A DNA stretch of 64,000 nucleotides. It comes from Candidatus Iainarchaeum sp. (GTDB lineage: Archaea; Iainarchaeota; Iainarchaeia; Iainarchaeales; GCA-2688035). The DNA lies in contig NZBU01000012.1 in NCBI GenBank assembly GCA_002688035.1, positions 18,272 to 82,271 of the forward strand, given 5' to 3'. Made by a program: the position numbers and the translations under genes. Under the pieces are notes generated by a model. It did not search any database and was not told the DNA's origin. It worked only from the letters and a program-made list of their open reading frames with translations. Shown here piece after piece: positions 10,177 to 18,670 of the stretch (its first letter is position 1; each line of letters starts with the position of its first letter).

Positions 10177-10665
10177 TTACTTTCTTTTTCTAAACAATAT
10201 AGTTGGCAATAGTATCGCTCCAATCAATGCGATTATTCCTGTTGGGATTTTCATTTCTCCAAATTCTATCCCCATGAACTCTGGGACACAAGCTTGCGCA
10301 ACATTACAGCCTGCGGCCCAATTACAAAGCTTGTCTGTCCCACCTGTTGTTTGCCAACGTAAATTGCAAACACTCTCGGTGCCAATCGCTGTGCATTTTG
10401 TTACTGCTTCTCTTGTGCCGCAGTCTCCACCAACAACACATAGGGGGGTACAAGGGCTCTGGTCTTGACAGCTTGCGCCAAAGGTACATGCACTTCCATA
10501 TCCTGCAACCAGATTATAAAAACTAGAGCAGCTCCCGCCTCCTTTTCCAAAACAAGTTGTTACACACCCTCCTCCAGTTGGGCAAGCCCCAGCTAAGGTA
10601 TTCAATGTCATAGATAAAACAAATAACAGTCCGAAAAGAAGTAAGGCAATTGTAAGCGATTTCAT
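10177..10665 (-). CDS. Small Cys-rich secreted protein with PEF-CTERM-like sorting signal
   Basis: Signal peptide, 14 Cys, VPEF then TM then RKRK tail. Confidence 0.75.
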   Translation of the reverse strand: MKSLTIALLLFGLLFVLSMTLNTLAGACPTGGGCVTTCFGKGGGSCSSFYNLVAGYGSACTFGASCQDQSPCTPLCVVGGDCGTREAVTKCTAIGTESVCNLRWQTTGGTDKLCNWAAGCNVAQACVPEFMGIEFGEMKIPTGIIALIGAILLPTILFRKRK

Positions 10666-10702
10666 TCTATATTATTGATGTCTTTCTCTTATAAAATTCT
10701 GT

Positions 10703-11386
10703 CTAATTGTCCGTTCTCCAGCTTTTTCTAATTTCTTTGTCCTTGCTCTTGTCTCTTGCAGCCTTTGCAAGCACGCTTGCCGCGCCCACCACTGGGTTAA
10801 GATCATCGGCTTTTGGCATAAATTCTACTCCTTCTAAGCCTTGATTTAAGGGGCTTCCGTCAACCAAAATCCTGCCTTTGAAGCCTTTTTCCCTGAAATT
10901 CTGCACTATTTCAGCTATCATTTCAAGCTCTATATCATTCATTGTCCTGCCTTTTCCACGCAGACTATCTATCTCACCAGCTCTCTTTGACAGCACCAAA
11001 TGCCCCTTAGAGTGCTTTAAAACCACTTTTTTGGCCCTCCCAATTTTCCCTATTTTCTTGCTGTCACGAAGCTCCCTAAGTTCATTTGTGTTCCCAAGAA
11101 CACCTGCAACAACAAAGGGCCCGAAGTTCTCACCGCGGCCTGTTTCATCAATTCCTACTAAAAGCTCTCCAACCGAGCCTATGTTATGTAGAAGTATGTC
11201 CTTGGTTTTCTCTGCGTCCTCACCCTGAATCAGCAGCTTTCCACTAGTGTAAAGCGTAACAACACTTTCCCCTATCTTAACACGCACGTCCTCATATTGG
11301 GTCTTGGTTTCAAGGGCTTCAAAGCCAGCCAAGTATTCCTTAACTGTTTTCTTCTCCTGTTCAGAAAAATTGAGGGAAATGTTCAT
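10703..11386 (-). CDS. Type 2 ribonuclease H (RNase HII/HIII-like) with N-terminal TBP-like DUF3378 domain
   Basis: VTLYTSGKLLIQG, GIDETGRG..FGP, LRDSKK, LVDG, KAD, VGAASVLAK. Confidence 0.85.
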   Translation of the reverse strand: MNISLNFSEQEKKTVKEYLAGFEALETKTQYEDVRVKIGESVVTLYTSGKLLIQGEDAEKTKDILLHNIGSVGELLVGIDETGRGENFGPFVVAGVLGNTNELRELRDSKKIGKIGRAKKVVLKHSKGHLVLSKRAGEIDSLRGKGRTMNDIELEMIAEIVQNFREKGFKGRILVDGSPLNQGLEGVEFMPKADDLNPVVGAASVLAKAARDKSKDKEIRKSWRTDN

Positions 11387-11453
11387 GCAAAAGAATACTG
11401 CTTCCTTGAATTTAAATCTTTTCAAGCAGCTAATGATCTGACAGCCTTATGAT

Positions 11454-12098
11454 TCAAAGACTTGGCTTTTCTGTTTTTTTAAATACTATAAAAGAGTATA
11501 CAACGGCCGCAAGCGCGGCAACCAATACTGTTCCAACAGCAACCCAAACAACTTGTTCAATTAGAAGTGCAGCCAGTATTGTTAGTATTCCAGCCACCAT
11601 AAATAATTTTCCACCAAGCTCATGTGTTTTATCCCAGACTTCATCATTAGCAAGTGTCCAAGGAGTTCTAATTCCAACAAAAAAGTTTCTCTTAAACTTT
11701 GGCATTAACCATCCAATCGCAGCGAACATAAAACCCAAGGGTAGTACAAAAAGCTGTGAATAATTTGCGTTCACATCAAAGTTTGGTAGCAGCGTAACAA
11801 TAAAGAATAGTCCAAAGAAAATTTGCAACACAAGCGCCATTTGCCAATACTGAGCTTCAAATGCCTTGAGGTTTTGTTTGAAAACCGCGATCTTTGGAAT
11901 TACTATAAATATCAAAAAAACAAGAGCCATTATCATGGGGAATGCAAAAGCGCCAACCCAAGCATCTCCAAATCCATCTGCCTGCCCTGCGGCATTCCAA
12001 TGTGTTGGAACAGTATTTGGCAACATCGGGTAAACAAGAAAGCCACCTATAACTGCTACGATGAGCAGGGCAAATGCAAGTGCTTTTGAAACATTCAT
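11454..12098 (-). CDS. SdpI-family membrane protein (DUF1648 + SdpI)
   Basis: LP..VPTHWN..GQADG and RNFFVGIRTPWTL..DEVWDKTH. Confidence 0.92.
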   Translation of the reverse strand: MNVSKALAFALLIVAVIGGFLVYPMLPNTVPTHWNAAGQADGFGDAWVGAFAFPMIMALVFLIFIVIPKIAVFKQNLKAFEAQYWQMALVLQIFFGLFFIVTLLPNFDVNANYSQLFVLPLGFMFAAIGWLMPKFKRNFFVGIRTPWTLANDEVWDKTHELGGKLFMVAGILTILAALLIEQVVWVAVGTVLVAALAAVVYSFIVFKKTEKPSL

Positions 12099-12175
12099 TC
12101 ATAATAATATGTACTTAACTTGTTTTTTATTGTTTCTAGTCATTCTTTTTCATTTGTGAGTTGCATCAAGTTGAG

Positions 12176-12237
12176 GGCTCAGGGTTGAGTTGTATCTTCA
12201 CAGCTTGCGCTCGGTAGGTGTTAACCTCATCATTGCC
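12176..12237 (-). ncRNA. Archaeal C/D-box methylation guide sRNA
   Basis: Minus strand: GGC-A-ATGATGA(C)-12 nt-CCGA(D')-GC GCAA GC hairpin-TG-TGAAGA(C')-12 nt-CTGA(D)-GCC. Terminal stem present; TATA-like TTTTAAG about 24 nt upstream. Confidence 0.8.
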
Positions 12238-12294
12238 GTATGTATCGTATGGTGTTAATGCCTTAAAATTAACGGTTGTTGGAAATAAAGCGTT

Positions 12295-12873
12295 TCAATT
12301 TATTTCTGAATGTCTAAAACAATTTACTTCATGATCATTCACAACGCCGACAGACTGCAGGAACGCGTATATTATCGTGGATCCGACAAAATTCATACCT
12401 CTTTTTTTGAGGTCTTTTGATATCTTGTCAGACAGTGCAGTTTTTGCAGGTATTTGTTTCCAACTCTTATATCTATTTTTGATTGGTTTGCCTTCCACAA
12501 AACCCTGTAAATATTTACTGAACGAGCCGAATTCTTTTCTAATCTCAAGGAATGCCCTAGCATTCTTGATTGCCGATTCAATCTTCAACCTGTTCCTGAT
12601 TATTCCTTCGTCTTTCATTAATCTTGCAACATCCCTTTTGCCATATTTTGCGATCTTAACAAAATCAAATCCGGAAAAAGCTTTCTTAAACTTCTCCCGC
12701 TTCTTAAGAATTGTCAGCCACGAAAGTCCGGCCTGAAAACCTTCAAGCAAAAGCATCTCAAAAAGTTTCCTGTCACTGTGCACTGGAGCGCCCCATTCCT
12801 TATCATGGTATTCTAAGTAAATTCTATTATTTTCTGGCACCCACCCGCATCTTTTTTTCACTTGCTTGTTCAA
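12295..12873 (-). CDS. tag: DNA-3-methyladenine glycosylase I
   Basis: RCGW, YHDKEWG, LEGFQAGLSW, IIRNRLKI, VNDHEVNC. Confidence 0.97.
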   Translation of the reverse strand: MNKQVKKRCGWVPENNRIYLEYHDKEWGAPVHSDRKLFEMLLLEGFQAGLSWLTILKKREKFKKAFSGFDFVKIAKYGKRDVARLMKDEGIIRNRLKIESAIKNARAFLEIRKEFGSFSKYLQGFVEGKPIKNRYKSWKQIPAKTALSDKISKDLKKRGMNFVGSTIIYAFLQSVGVVNDHEVNCFRHSEIN

Positions 12874-12937
12874 AGTCTAAAACCTCTTTCAAACCAAGTT
12901 TTCCTCTAGGGTAAAGAGTGAAGAAACATTGATTTTA

Positions 12938-13369
12938 TTACCTAACATTTCCCGCGTAGTACTGCCTTGGCTTATCAACAAATGTTTTCTTTAGTTTTTC
13001 AAAGCCAATGCTGCGGGAGATTCCATGTGATGTGACCTTTCCGACAACTTCTCCTTTCTCATTAGTTACTGCTAAGCGCCTGATATTTTTTTCATTCATC
13101 AAAGTATAAGCCTCTTTAACCTTCTCGTTTTCTCCAATTGTTATGATTGGGGCGCTCATTATCTCCTCGACTTTAACAGTGGCTGAATCAAGGCCTTTTG
13201 CCACAACCTTTTTGAGAAAGTCCCTTTCTGTGAGAACCCCCACTGGCTTGCCCTCTTTTTCCACAAGCGTGCTACCTGTTCCTTTTTCCCTCATTAAGAC
13301 AGCGGCATCCATTATAAGCGCATCATGTTTGACGCGAAGAAATCTTGTCATATTATCTTTTACAGTCAT
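12938..13369 (-). CDS. CBS-domain protein
   Basis: Tandem CBS pair (GVLTERDF, V..IMSAP, IRRLAV). Confidence 0.92.
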   Translation of the reverse strand: MTVKDNMTRFLRVKHDALIMDAAVLMREKGTGSTLVEKEGKPVGVLTERDFLKKVVAKGLDSATVKVEEIMSAPIITIGENEKVKEAYTLMNEKNIRRLAVTNEKGEVVGKVTSHGISRSIGFEKLKKTFVDKPRQYYAGNVR

Positions 13370-13476
13370 GGCAATTCCCCCCACATTTTAGTAATAATAT
13401 GTCTTGAAAGAATAAAAACATTGCTTTCGGATTAAAAAAAATAAGTAGACTCAGGGTTGGATCGAAAATTATTTAA

Positions 13477-13779
13477 TTAGCCATTGGTTAATGCAAGGAT
13501 AAAACTAGTATTTTCATTAGCCTTTAGGGAATGAACTGCATTCTCTTTCATATAGATAAATACGCCGGGTAACATGGGTATATCTTTTCCTTCAAGATTG
13601 AAGATTCCATCCCCCTCAATTACATAAACAAATCCTTGTTTTGTGGATGTATGATTAGATATATCTGTTCCCTTAGCCATACAAAACAAAGTAATATTCA
13701 ATTTATCATTCTTCACAATGTCTTTGCTCAAGATTCCTTTTTTTGGATATTCGATGAGTTCATTTATTTTTTCATCCAT
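13477..13779 (-). CDS. Cupin-domain protein
   Basis: ISNHTS..VYVIEG and ENAVHSLKA. Confidence 0.88.
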   Translation of the reverse strand: MDEKINELIEYPKKGILSKDIVKNDKLNITLFCMAKGTDISNHTSTKQGFVYVIEGDGIFNLEGKDIPMLPGVFIYMKENAVHSLKANENTSFILALTNG

Positions 13780-13810
13780 ATTAATCATCTTCTCCAGTGC
13801 ATTGATATGC

Positions 13811-14056
13811 TCAAAATGGCCATCTAAACAAATAAAAGGCAAGTAAGGTATGGGCTACAACAGAGAGAATAAAGCCCCACCAATAGTAACAGTGTTTGCT
13901 GTAAAACCATTGGAATTTCTTATTGGGCAAAAGCCTGTTCAATAACCAAACTCCGCCAATACATCTACAAGATAGTGCGACGAGCAGCAAAAACACTAAA
14001 TTAGTTATACCTAAGAGGAAAATAAGTTTTATTCCAAGTGCATAATCTAATGCCAT
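13811..14056 (-). CDS. Small two-TM membrane protein (SCRC motif, two His)
   Basis: Two hydrophobic helices; in operon with the cytochrome b5 gene. Confidence 0.75.
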   Translation of the reverse strand: MALDYALGIKLIFLLGITNLVFLLLVALSCRCIGGVWLLNRLLPNKKFQWFYSKHCYYWWGFILSVVAHTLLAFYLFRWPF

Positions 14057-14071
14057 GTTTTGCCAATCCTT

Positions 14072-14542
14072 TTATTCTGCCAAATCTCCAATATAAAGAG
14101 GTTCGCTTCTTGTTCTTGCTCCTGATGAATGTGGCGTCCCTGAACCCATCGGTCTTGTCTCAAACAAGGTTGTAGCATCTTTTCCACAACCTTCCAAGAT
14201 TGCTATTCCGCCAGGGTGTGATGAAATAAACTCTGTTACTGCATATACTTTACCGTCAAGTACCATCCAGCAATCAGTCTCAGTACTGTGTTCTGCTACT
14301 TCTTCCAAAGTGTATGTTGGCTGTAAATCTTCAGGAGGTATTGGTGGTGTGTTGTCATTGCTTGGGGGTGTAGGTGGTGTGTCGTCGTCAAGTGCAGGGG
14401 GTGGTGTTTGGCCATCAGTGTTTTCCGCATCTGTTTGAGTATCAGACTCGTCAACAGTATAGTCTGCTTCAGATTGAGTACAACCCGAAATAAGAAGCAA
14501 GACTACTAGCGCAACAATCAAAAAAACCCAATTTGTTTTCAT
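14072..14542 (-). CDS. Cytochrome b5-like heme-binding lipoprotein
   Basis: Lipobox ISGC, Pro/Asp linker, [28 protein letters not shown]. Confidence 0.9.
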   Translation of the reverse strand: MKTNWVFLIVALVVLLLISGCTQSEADYTVDESDTQTDAENTDGQTPPPALDDDTPPTPPSNDNTPPIPPEDLQPTYTLEEVAEHSTETDCWMVLDGKVYAVTEFISSHPGGIAILEGCGKDATTLFETRPMGSGTPHSSGARTRSEPLYIGDLAE

Positions 14543-14560
14543 CCAATCTCGCCTATTCTT

Positions 14561-15064
14561 TTACAGTAATCCTTCTTTTATTTCTTTAGTAAACATTACA
14601 ATATTTGTTTTCCCTAGCTTATCTGTTTCTATTACCCCGCGGTCAATAAGCCTTTGAACAATGCGATGCGATTTTACTTTACTCATTCCTGGGAGTCTTG
14701 TTAGCTCGGCCTGCAGTGCCTTTCCGTGATTCTCAATCAGCAGATTTACAAGTTTTTTCTCATCTAGATTGAGGAACTGTAAAAGCACCTCTGTATTGCT
14801 TTTCAGTGCTTCCTGTTTGATTTCGACTTTACCAGTCATCAAGTAGTATGTTCCTGCACCAGCAATAAGTGCAATGCTTGCAATTAAAGGTATTGCTGCT
14901 ATTAAAAAATCAAGTTGCTGTTTGTGTGGACAGGCACTTGTTCCTACTGCAGGACAAAAGTTTACATCACTCGTTTGTATAAGCAAAATGTTGACGCTGA
15001 ATACTGTGTAAAGAAAGGCAACCACTACAATAATGCCGATGATTAGTTTCTTGTTCTTGTCCAT
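14561..15064 (-). CDS. Membrane-anchored winged-HTH transcriptional regulator
   Basis: Two TMs flanking a C-x6-CPH loop; C-terminal QAEL..MSKVKSHRIV..L..RG HTH. Confidence 0.82.
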   Translation of the reverse strand: MDKNKKLIIGIIVVVAFLYTVFSVNILLIQTSDVNFCPAVGTSACPHKQQLDFLIAAIPLIASIALIAGAGTYYLMTGKVEIKQEALKSNTEVLLQFLNLDEKKLVNLLIENHGKALQAELTRLPGMSKVKSHRIVQRLIDRGVIETDKLGKTNIVMFTKEIKEGLL

Positions 15065-15104
15065 GGTTAAAAACAATCTTTGCTGCAAAACAATTTAAAT
15101 CTTT

Positions 15105-15932
15105 TTAATCGGTGATTTCTCCCCTTACTGAGATTATCTTTTGTTCAACAGGAATTTCTTTGCCTGAATCACCAAGTGCTTCTTCCACAATACTTTGTAA
15201 ACCAAAGCAGCATGGAACTTCCATGTGTGCGATCGTAATGCTCTTGATATTGTTATCTTTGAAAATAGCGGTTAGCTTTTCTTTGTAAAATTTTACATCA
15301 TCGAGCTTTGGGCAACCAATAACCAAAGATTTTCCTTCCAAGAATTCTGAATGAAAGTTCGCGTTTGCAAATGGAACACAGTCAGCTGCAATCAGCAAGT
15401 CAGCATCATTAAAGTATGAAGCATTGGGTGAGACCAGCATTAATTGCACTGGCCATTGCCCGAGTTCTGAGCGCTGTCTTGTCTGCTTTTCAGCCTCCTC
15501 GGCTTTCTCTTCCTTTCTAAAATCCTGCATTGCGCTTCCGGGGCAACTGTGTGGCAAAGGCGCTTTATCTTCTTTTTCAAGGGGATTATCAATCCCATTC
15601 TCTTCAAGGAATTCGGTGGCTTCTTTCAAATAACCTTCCTCGCCGTGCTCTTTCAAGTGCTCTAAATGTGCTTTGATCGTGTTTTCTCCCTTTTTTACAA
15701 TCTCTTCCATTACCTTCTTCTCATCATAGGGCTCTGCCTCTCTTTTAATAATGTGCATTGCTTCTTGCGGGCAGTGCCCAATGCACGCTCCTAATCCATC
15801 ACAATGCAAATCACTCACAAGCCTTGCTTTGTCATCAATGATTTGTAATGCTCCCTCGGGACAATTTGGAATGCATTCTCCGCAACCATTACACTTTTCT
15901 TCATCAATTTCAATAATCTCTCTTTCCACCAT
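15105..15932 (-). CDS. 4Fe-4S dicluster ferredoxin-domain protein
   Basis: CNGCGECIPNCP, CDGLGACIGHCP, CPGS, WPVQL, GCPKLD, MEVPCC. Confidence 0.92.
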   Translation of the reverse strand: MVEREIIEIDEEKCNGCGECIPNCPEGALQIIDDKARLVSDLHCDGLGACIGHCPQEAMHIIKREAEPYDEKKVMEEIVKKGENTIKAHLEHLKEHGEEGYLKEATEFLEENGIDNPLEKEDKAPLPHSCPGSAMQDFRKEEKAEEAEKQTRQRSELGQWPVQLMLVSPNASYFNDADLLIAADCVPFANANFHSEFLEGKSLVIGCPKLDDVKFYKEKLTAIFKDNNIKSITIAHMEVPCCFGLQSIVEEALGDSGKEIPVEQKIISVRGEITD

Positions 15933-15956
15933 TCTAAAATCCTCCTTGGTTTCAAA

Positions 15957-16009
15957 AGTATACTATGTAACGATTTATTTAAAACCGCGGAAGTTTCCAT
16001 ATGGAAACC
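15957..16009 (-). promoter_or_regulatory. Promoter with 16-bp palindrome GTTTCCATATGGAAAC upstream of the TATA box
   Basis: Perfect palindrome 15993-16008; same geometry as 31839-31890. Confidence 0.65.
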
Positions 16010-16022
16010 AGCTGCCTCTATT

Positions 16023-16772
16023 TTATTTCAGTTGTTGAGTGTGAATTCCGCATTCTCCTCCGCACTTGCTCGTATTTTGCCATCTTCCATCTCTTTCAAG
16101 TTGCGAGTCGAAAATTGGGTTGGTGCATGGTCCGCATCCTAGCGACCTATAACGTCTCCCATCTGGGAATTCTTTGGAATACCAGGGATGCAACTTAATA
16201 TTGTTGTCCTTAAGGTACTGCAGCACATCCTGCTCTGTAAATTCCAGAATCGGATTAACCTTTATCAGGCCACCTTTTTCCTCTATCTCCCTGTAATTCT
16301 TCCTTGTTCTCCCCTCTGTATTTCTAAGGCCGCAGATCCAGGCATCAAGGTCTTTTACAGCCGCTTTTGTTGGATCTACCTTAAGCAGCCTACAGCACTC
16401 ATCAGGACTTGCTTCATAAATCTCTTTACCTGTTCTCGCCTTTGATTCTGTCGAAACTCTGTTGAACTCTTCTGGTGGAAGAAGCTCCACATTCAAATCG
16501 TTTCCCTGCAGAACCTCTGGAATTGAATCAGCAACCAAATAAACTTTCAGGCCCAGATTCATTTCCCTGTTCATTTCCCTAAGATATTCAAATGTCTCAT
16601 TTGGCTTGTACCTAGTCATAATGGAGAAGATCTCGATACTGGGATCGACTTGCCGTGCAAGATGCACAACAACCATACTGTCCTTTCCAAAAGAACAGGC
16701 AACACCAATTCTCTTGTGTTCCTTTATTGCTTTTTCAACGATTTTTTTTGCGTGTTCGACTTTTTCATTCAT
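16023..16772 (-). CDS. cysH: APS/PAPS reductase (Fe-S type)
   Basis: SFGKDS, ECCRLLKV, GLR..EG..R, SLGCGPCT, GRW, ECGIH. Confidence 0.9.
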   Translation of the reverse strand: MNEKVEHAKKIVEKAIKEHKRIGVACSFGKDSMVVVHLARQVDPSIEIFSIMTRYKPNETFEYLREMNREMNLGLKVYLVADSIPEVLQGNDLNVELLPPEEFNRVSTESKARTGKEIYEASPDECCRLLKVDPTKAAVKDLDAWICGLRNTEGRTRKNYREIEEKGGLIKVNPILEFTEQDVLQYLKDNNIKLHPWYSKEFPDGRRYRSLGCGPCTNPIFDSQLERDGRWQNTSKCGGECGIHTQQLK

Positions 16773-16809
16773 TTTTATCTCCTCCAAAAAATTTCACAAA
16801 AAAATAATT

Positions 16810-16971
16810 CTACGCGTGGCGCAGACAATTAAAGTAATGTGGGTTGCTGTTAGCAACATGCGCAAGGCTGCTCAAAATAGGAATAGATATCTTTTCTGTG
16901 ATGAGCCTGCATAATATTCCCTGGGTGCTGAGTTTATTTACTAGTTTAGATAGCGGCAATGTTCTAATCAT
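16810..16971 (-). CDS. Possible 53-aa leader ORF upstream of cysH
   Basis: ATG 22 nt downstream of TTATAAAA (leaderless geometry); MIRTLPLSKL...NCLRHA. Confidence 0.3.
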   Translation of the reverse strand: MIRTLPLSKLVNKLSTQGILCRLITEKISIPILSSLAHVANSNPHYFNCLRHA

Positions 16972-17065
16972 ACAATATTAGAGTCTTATTCTTTTTATAA
17001 TAATTGTTGATAGAAAGATTCATATATGAATATACTGGTCTTACAGTCGTTTTTTCTCCGTAGAA

Positions 17066-17096
17066 ATGGTTTCATCAACCACTATATATGGTTTCA
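17066..17096 (+). promoter_or_regulatory. Copper-island promoter element (ATGGTTTCA direct repeats flanking TATA)
   Basis: 24/31 identity to 24308-24338 (minus strand); partial third copy at 18614-18644. Confidence 0.6.
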
Positions 17097-17119
17097 GCTC
17101 CAATGTTTGCGGTGATTTT

Positions 17120-18118
17120 GTGAAAAAAGAAGTTTCTTTGAAAATAAGTGGGATGCATTGCACCAGCTGCGAAAAGCTAATTCAAGACGGACTCTTGGAG
17201 CTCGAGGGTGTGGAAACTGTCCAAGTTAGTTTTGCAAATGAAAAAGCCAAAGTGGTTTTTGATGATAAAAAAGTCTCGCTTGACAAAATAGAGGGGGAAG
17301 TGCTGGAGCTTGGCTATGAAGTAAAAGGAAGCTCTGACAGCTCTACCAAAACAAAGAACACCACGGCCCAAAAGATGTCTATAAGGCAAGGTATTGTTTA
17401 TGGCCTGGTTCCGCACATTGGATGCATTGGTTTTATTGTGGCTTCAATTCTCGGAGCCACGATTGCGGTTGAATTCTTCAAGCCACTGCTCATGAATCCA
17501 TGGTTCTTTCACATTCTCATATTGATTTCAATCGGCTTTGCAACACTCTCCTCGGCATTCTATCTTAGAAAGCAAGGCATATTCTCAATGCAGGGCATTA
17601 AAAGAAAAAAGAAATATCTAGCCACAATGTATGGGAGTACAGTTGGAATAAACCTAATCCTGTTCCTAGTGATTTTCCCGATGCTTGCAAACCTTGACAC
17701 AGGATCTTTTGCCAATCCTACGGGTATGGTTACCTTAGCGGGAGCGCAAGGCAATTCAACTGCTTCAGATTCACTTCTGCGTTTACAATCAAACATTCCT
17801 TGCCCAGGGCACGCTCCTTTAATCTCTGGCGAACTCAAGAGCATTGAGGGGATAACAGGGGTAAAGTATGAGTTTCCGAATTATTTTGATGTTGCATTTG
17901 ACTCAAGCAAGACATCAAAGGATAAAATATTTGCTCTTGAGGTTTTTGAGATTTACACCGCAACACTAATAAGTGAGTCTCTTCCAGATCCAGAGGAGAA
18001 AGTTTCTTTCGCAGCAATACAAGAGGTTGAATCTCTTGGAACAGGAAACGTTCAGCCTTCAGGAACCTGTGGAGGGACTTGTGGCGGTGGCTGTGGTGGC
18101 TGCGGCTGTGGTGGATAA
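17120..18118 (+). CDS. HMA-domain membrane protein with second HMA-like domain and Cys/Gly tail
   Basis: GMHCTSC, about 3 TMs with PHIGC, IPCPGH, tail CGGTCGGGCGGCGCGG. GTG start after GGTGA RBS. Confidence 0.85.
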   Translation: MKKEVSLKISGMHCTSCEKLIQDGLLELEGVETVQVSFANEKAKVVFDDKKVSLDKIEGEVLELGYEVKGSSDSSTKTKNTTAQKMSIRQGIVYGLVPHIGCIGFIVASILGATIAVEFFKPLLMNPWFFHILILISIGFATLSSAFYLRKQGIFSMQGIKRKKKYLATMYGSTVGINLILFLVIFPMLANLDTGSFANPTGMVTLAGAQGNSTASDSLLRLQSNIPCPGHAPLISGELKSIEGITGVKYEFPNYFDVAFDSSKTSKDKIFALEVFEIYTATLISESLPDPEEKVSFAAIQEVESLGTGNVQPSGTCGGTCGGGCGGCGCGG

Positions 18119-18142
18119 AATTATTTTTTGGAGGTATGAAAA

Positions 18143-18607
18143 ATGAAAATGGTGAATAAGGCAATATTTTTTACAGCGCTTCTGGCATTGCTGGTAGTTT
18201 CCGGATGTACATCGAACAATCCAAACAGTGCAACAGATGCTGCAGACAATTCTGAACAAGCAACTTTTTCAATTCCTGTTGCAAGTATTGGCCAAGAAGC
18301 CAAGTGGTATGAGTATGAGTCAAACGGCACTACGATAAGATTCTTTGCGGTAAAGGGTAGTGATGGTAGTGTGAAGACTGCGTTTGACGCTTGTGATGTT
18401 TGCAATTACTCTAAAAAAGGTTATTCGCAGCAAGGCAATTTTATGGTTTGCAATAATTGCGGGAACAAGTATCCAATTGATGGTCTTGGAACAGAGAACA
18501 AGAGACCTGGCGGATGCTGGCCAAGCTATTTGCCAAACGAAGTAGTTGGCGAAAATATTGTGATACAGAAAGCCAATCTCGAGAAAGGCAGTGCTTTCTT
18601 TGCTTAA
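18143..18607 (+). CDS. DUF2318-family (predicted Fe-S) lipoprotein
   Basis: Lipobox VSGC, TAFDACDVC, GY.Q.G..MVCNNCG, GGCWP. Confidence 0.88.
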   Translation: MKMVNKAIFFTALLALLVVSGCTSNNPNSATDAADNSEQATFSIPVASIGQEAKWYEYESNGTTIRFFAVKGSDGSVKTAFDACDVCNYSKKGYSQQGNFMVCNNCGNKYPIDGLGTENKRPGGCWPSYLPNEVVGENIVIQKANLEKGSAFFA

Positions 18608-18670
18608 AGAAAAGGGGTTTGTGTTGGATTTAAATCAAGTTTCAACAAATTAGTTTGATGGTGTAAATAC

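Noticed and set aside
12178-13459. CTCAGGGTTG shared by two intergenic regions (12178 and 13450)
   Set aside because: A 10-mer match is expected by chance, and no C box accompanies the second copy.
16898-16931. GTGATGA...CTGA as a second C/D RNA
   Set aside because: Too short, lacks internal C'/D' boxes and has no evident promoter.
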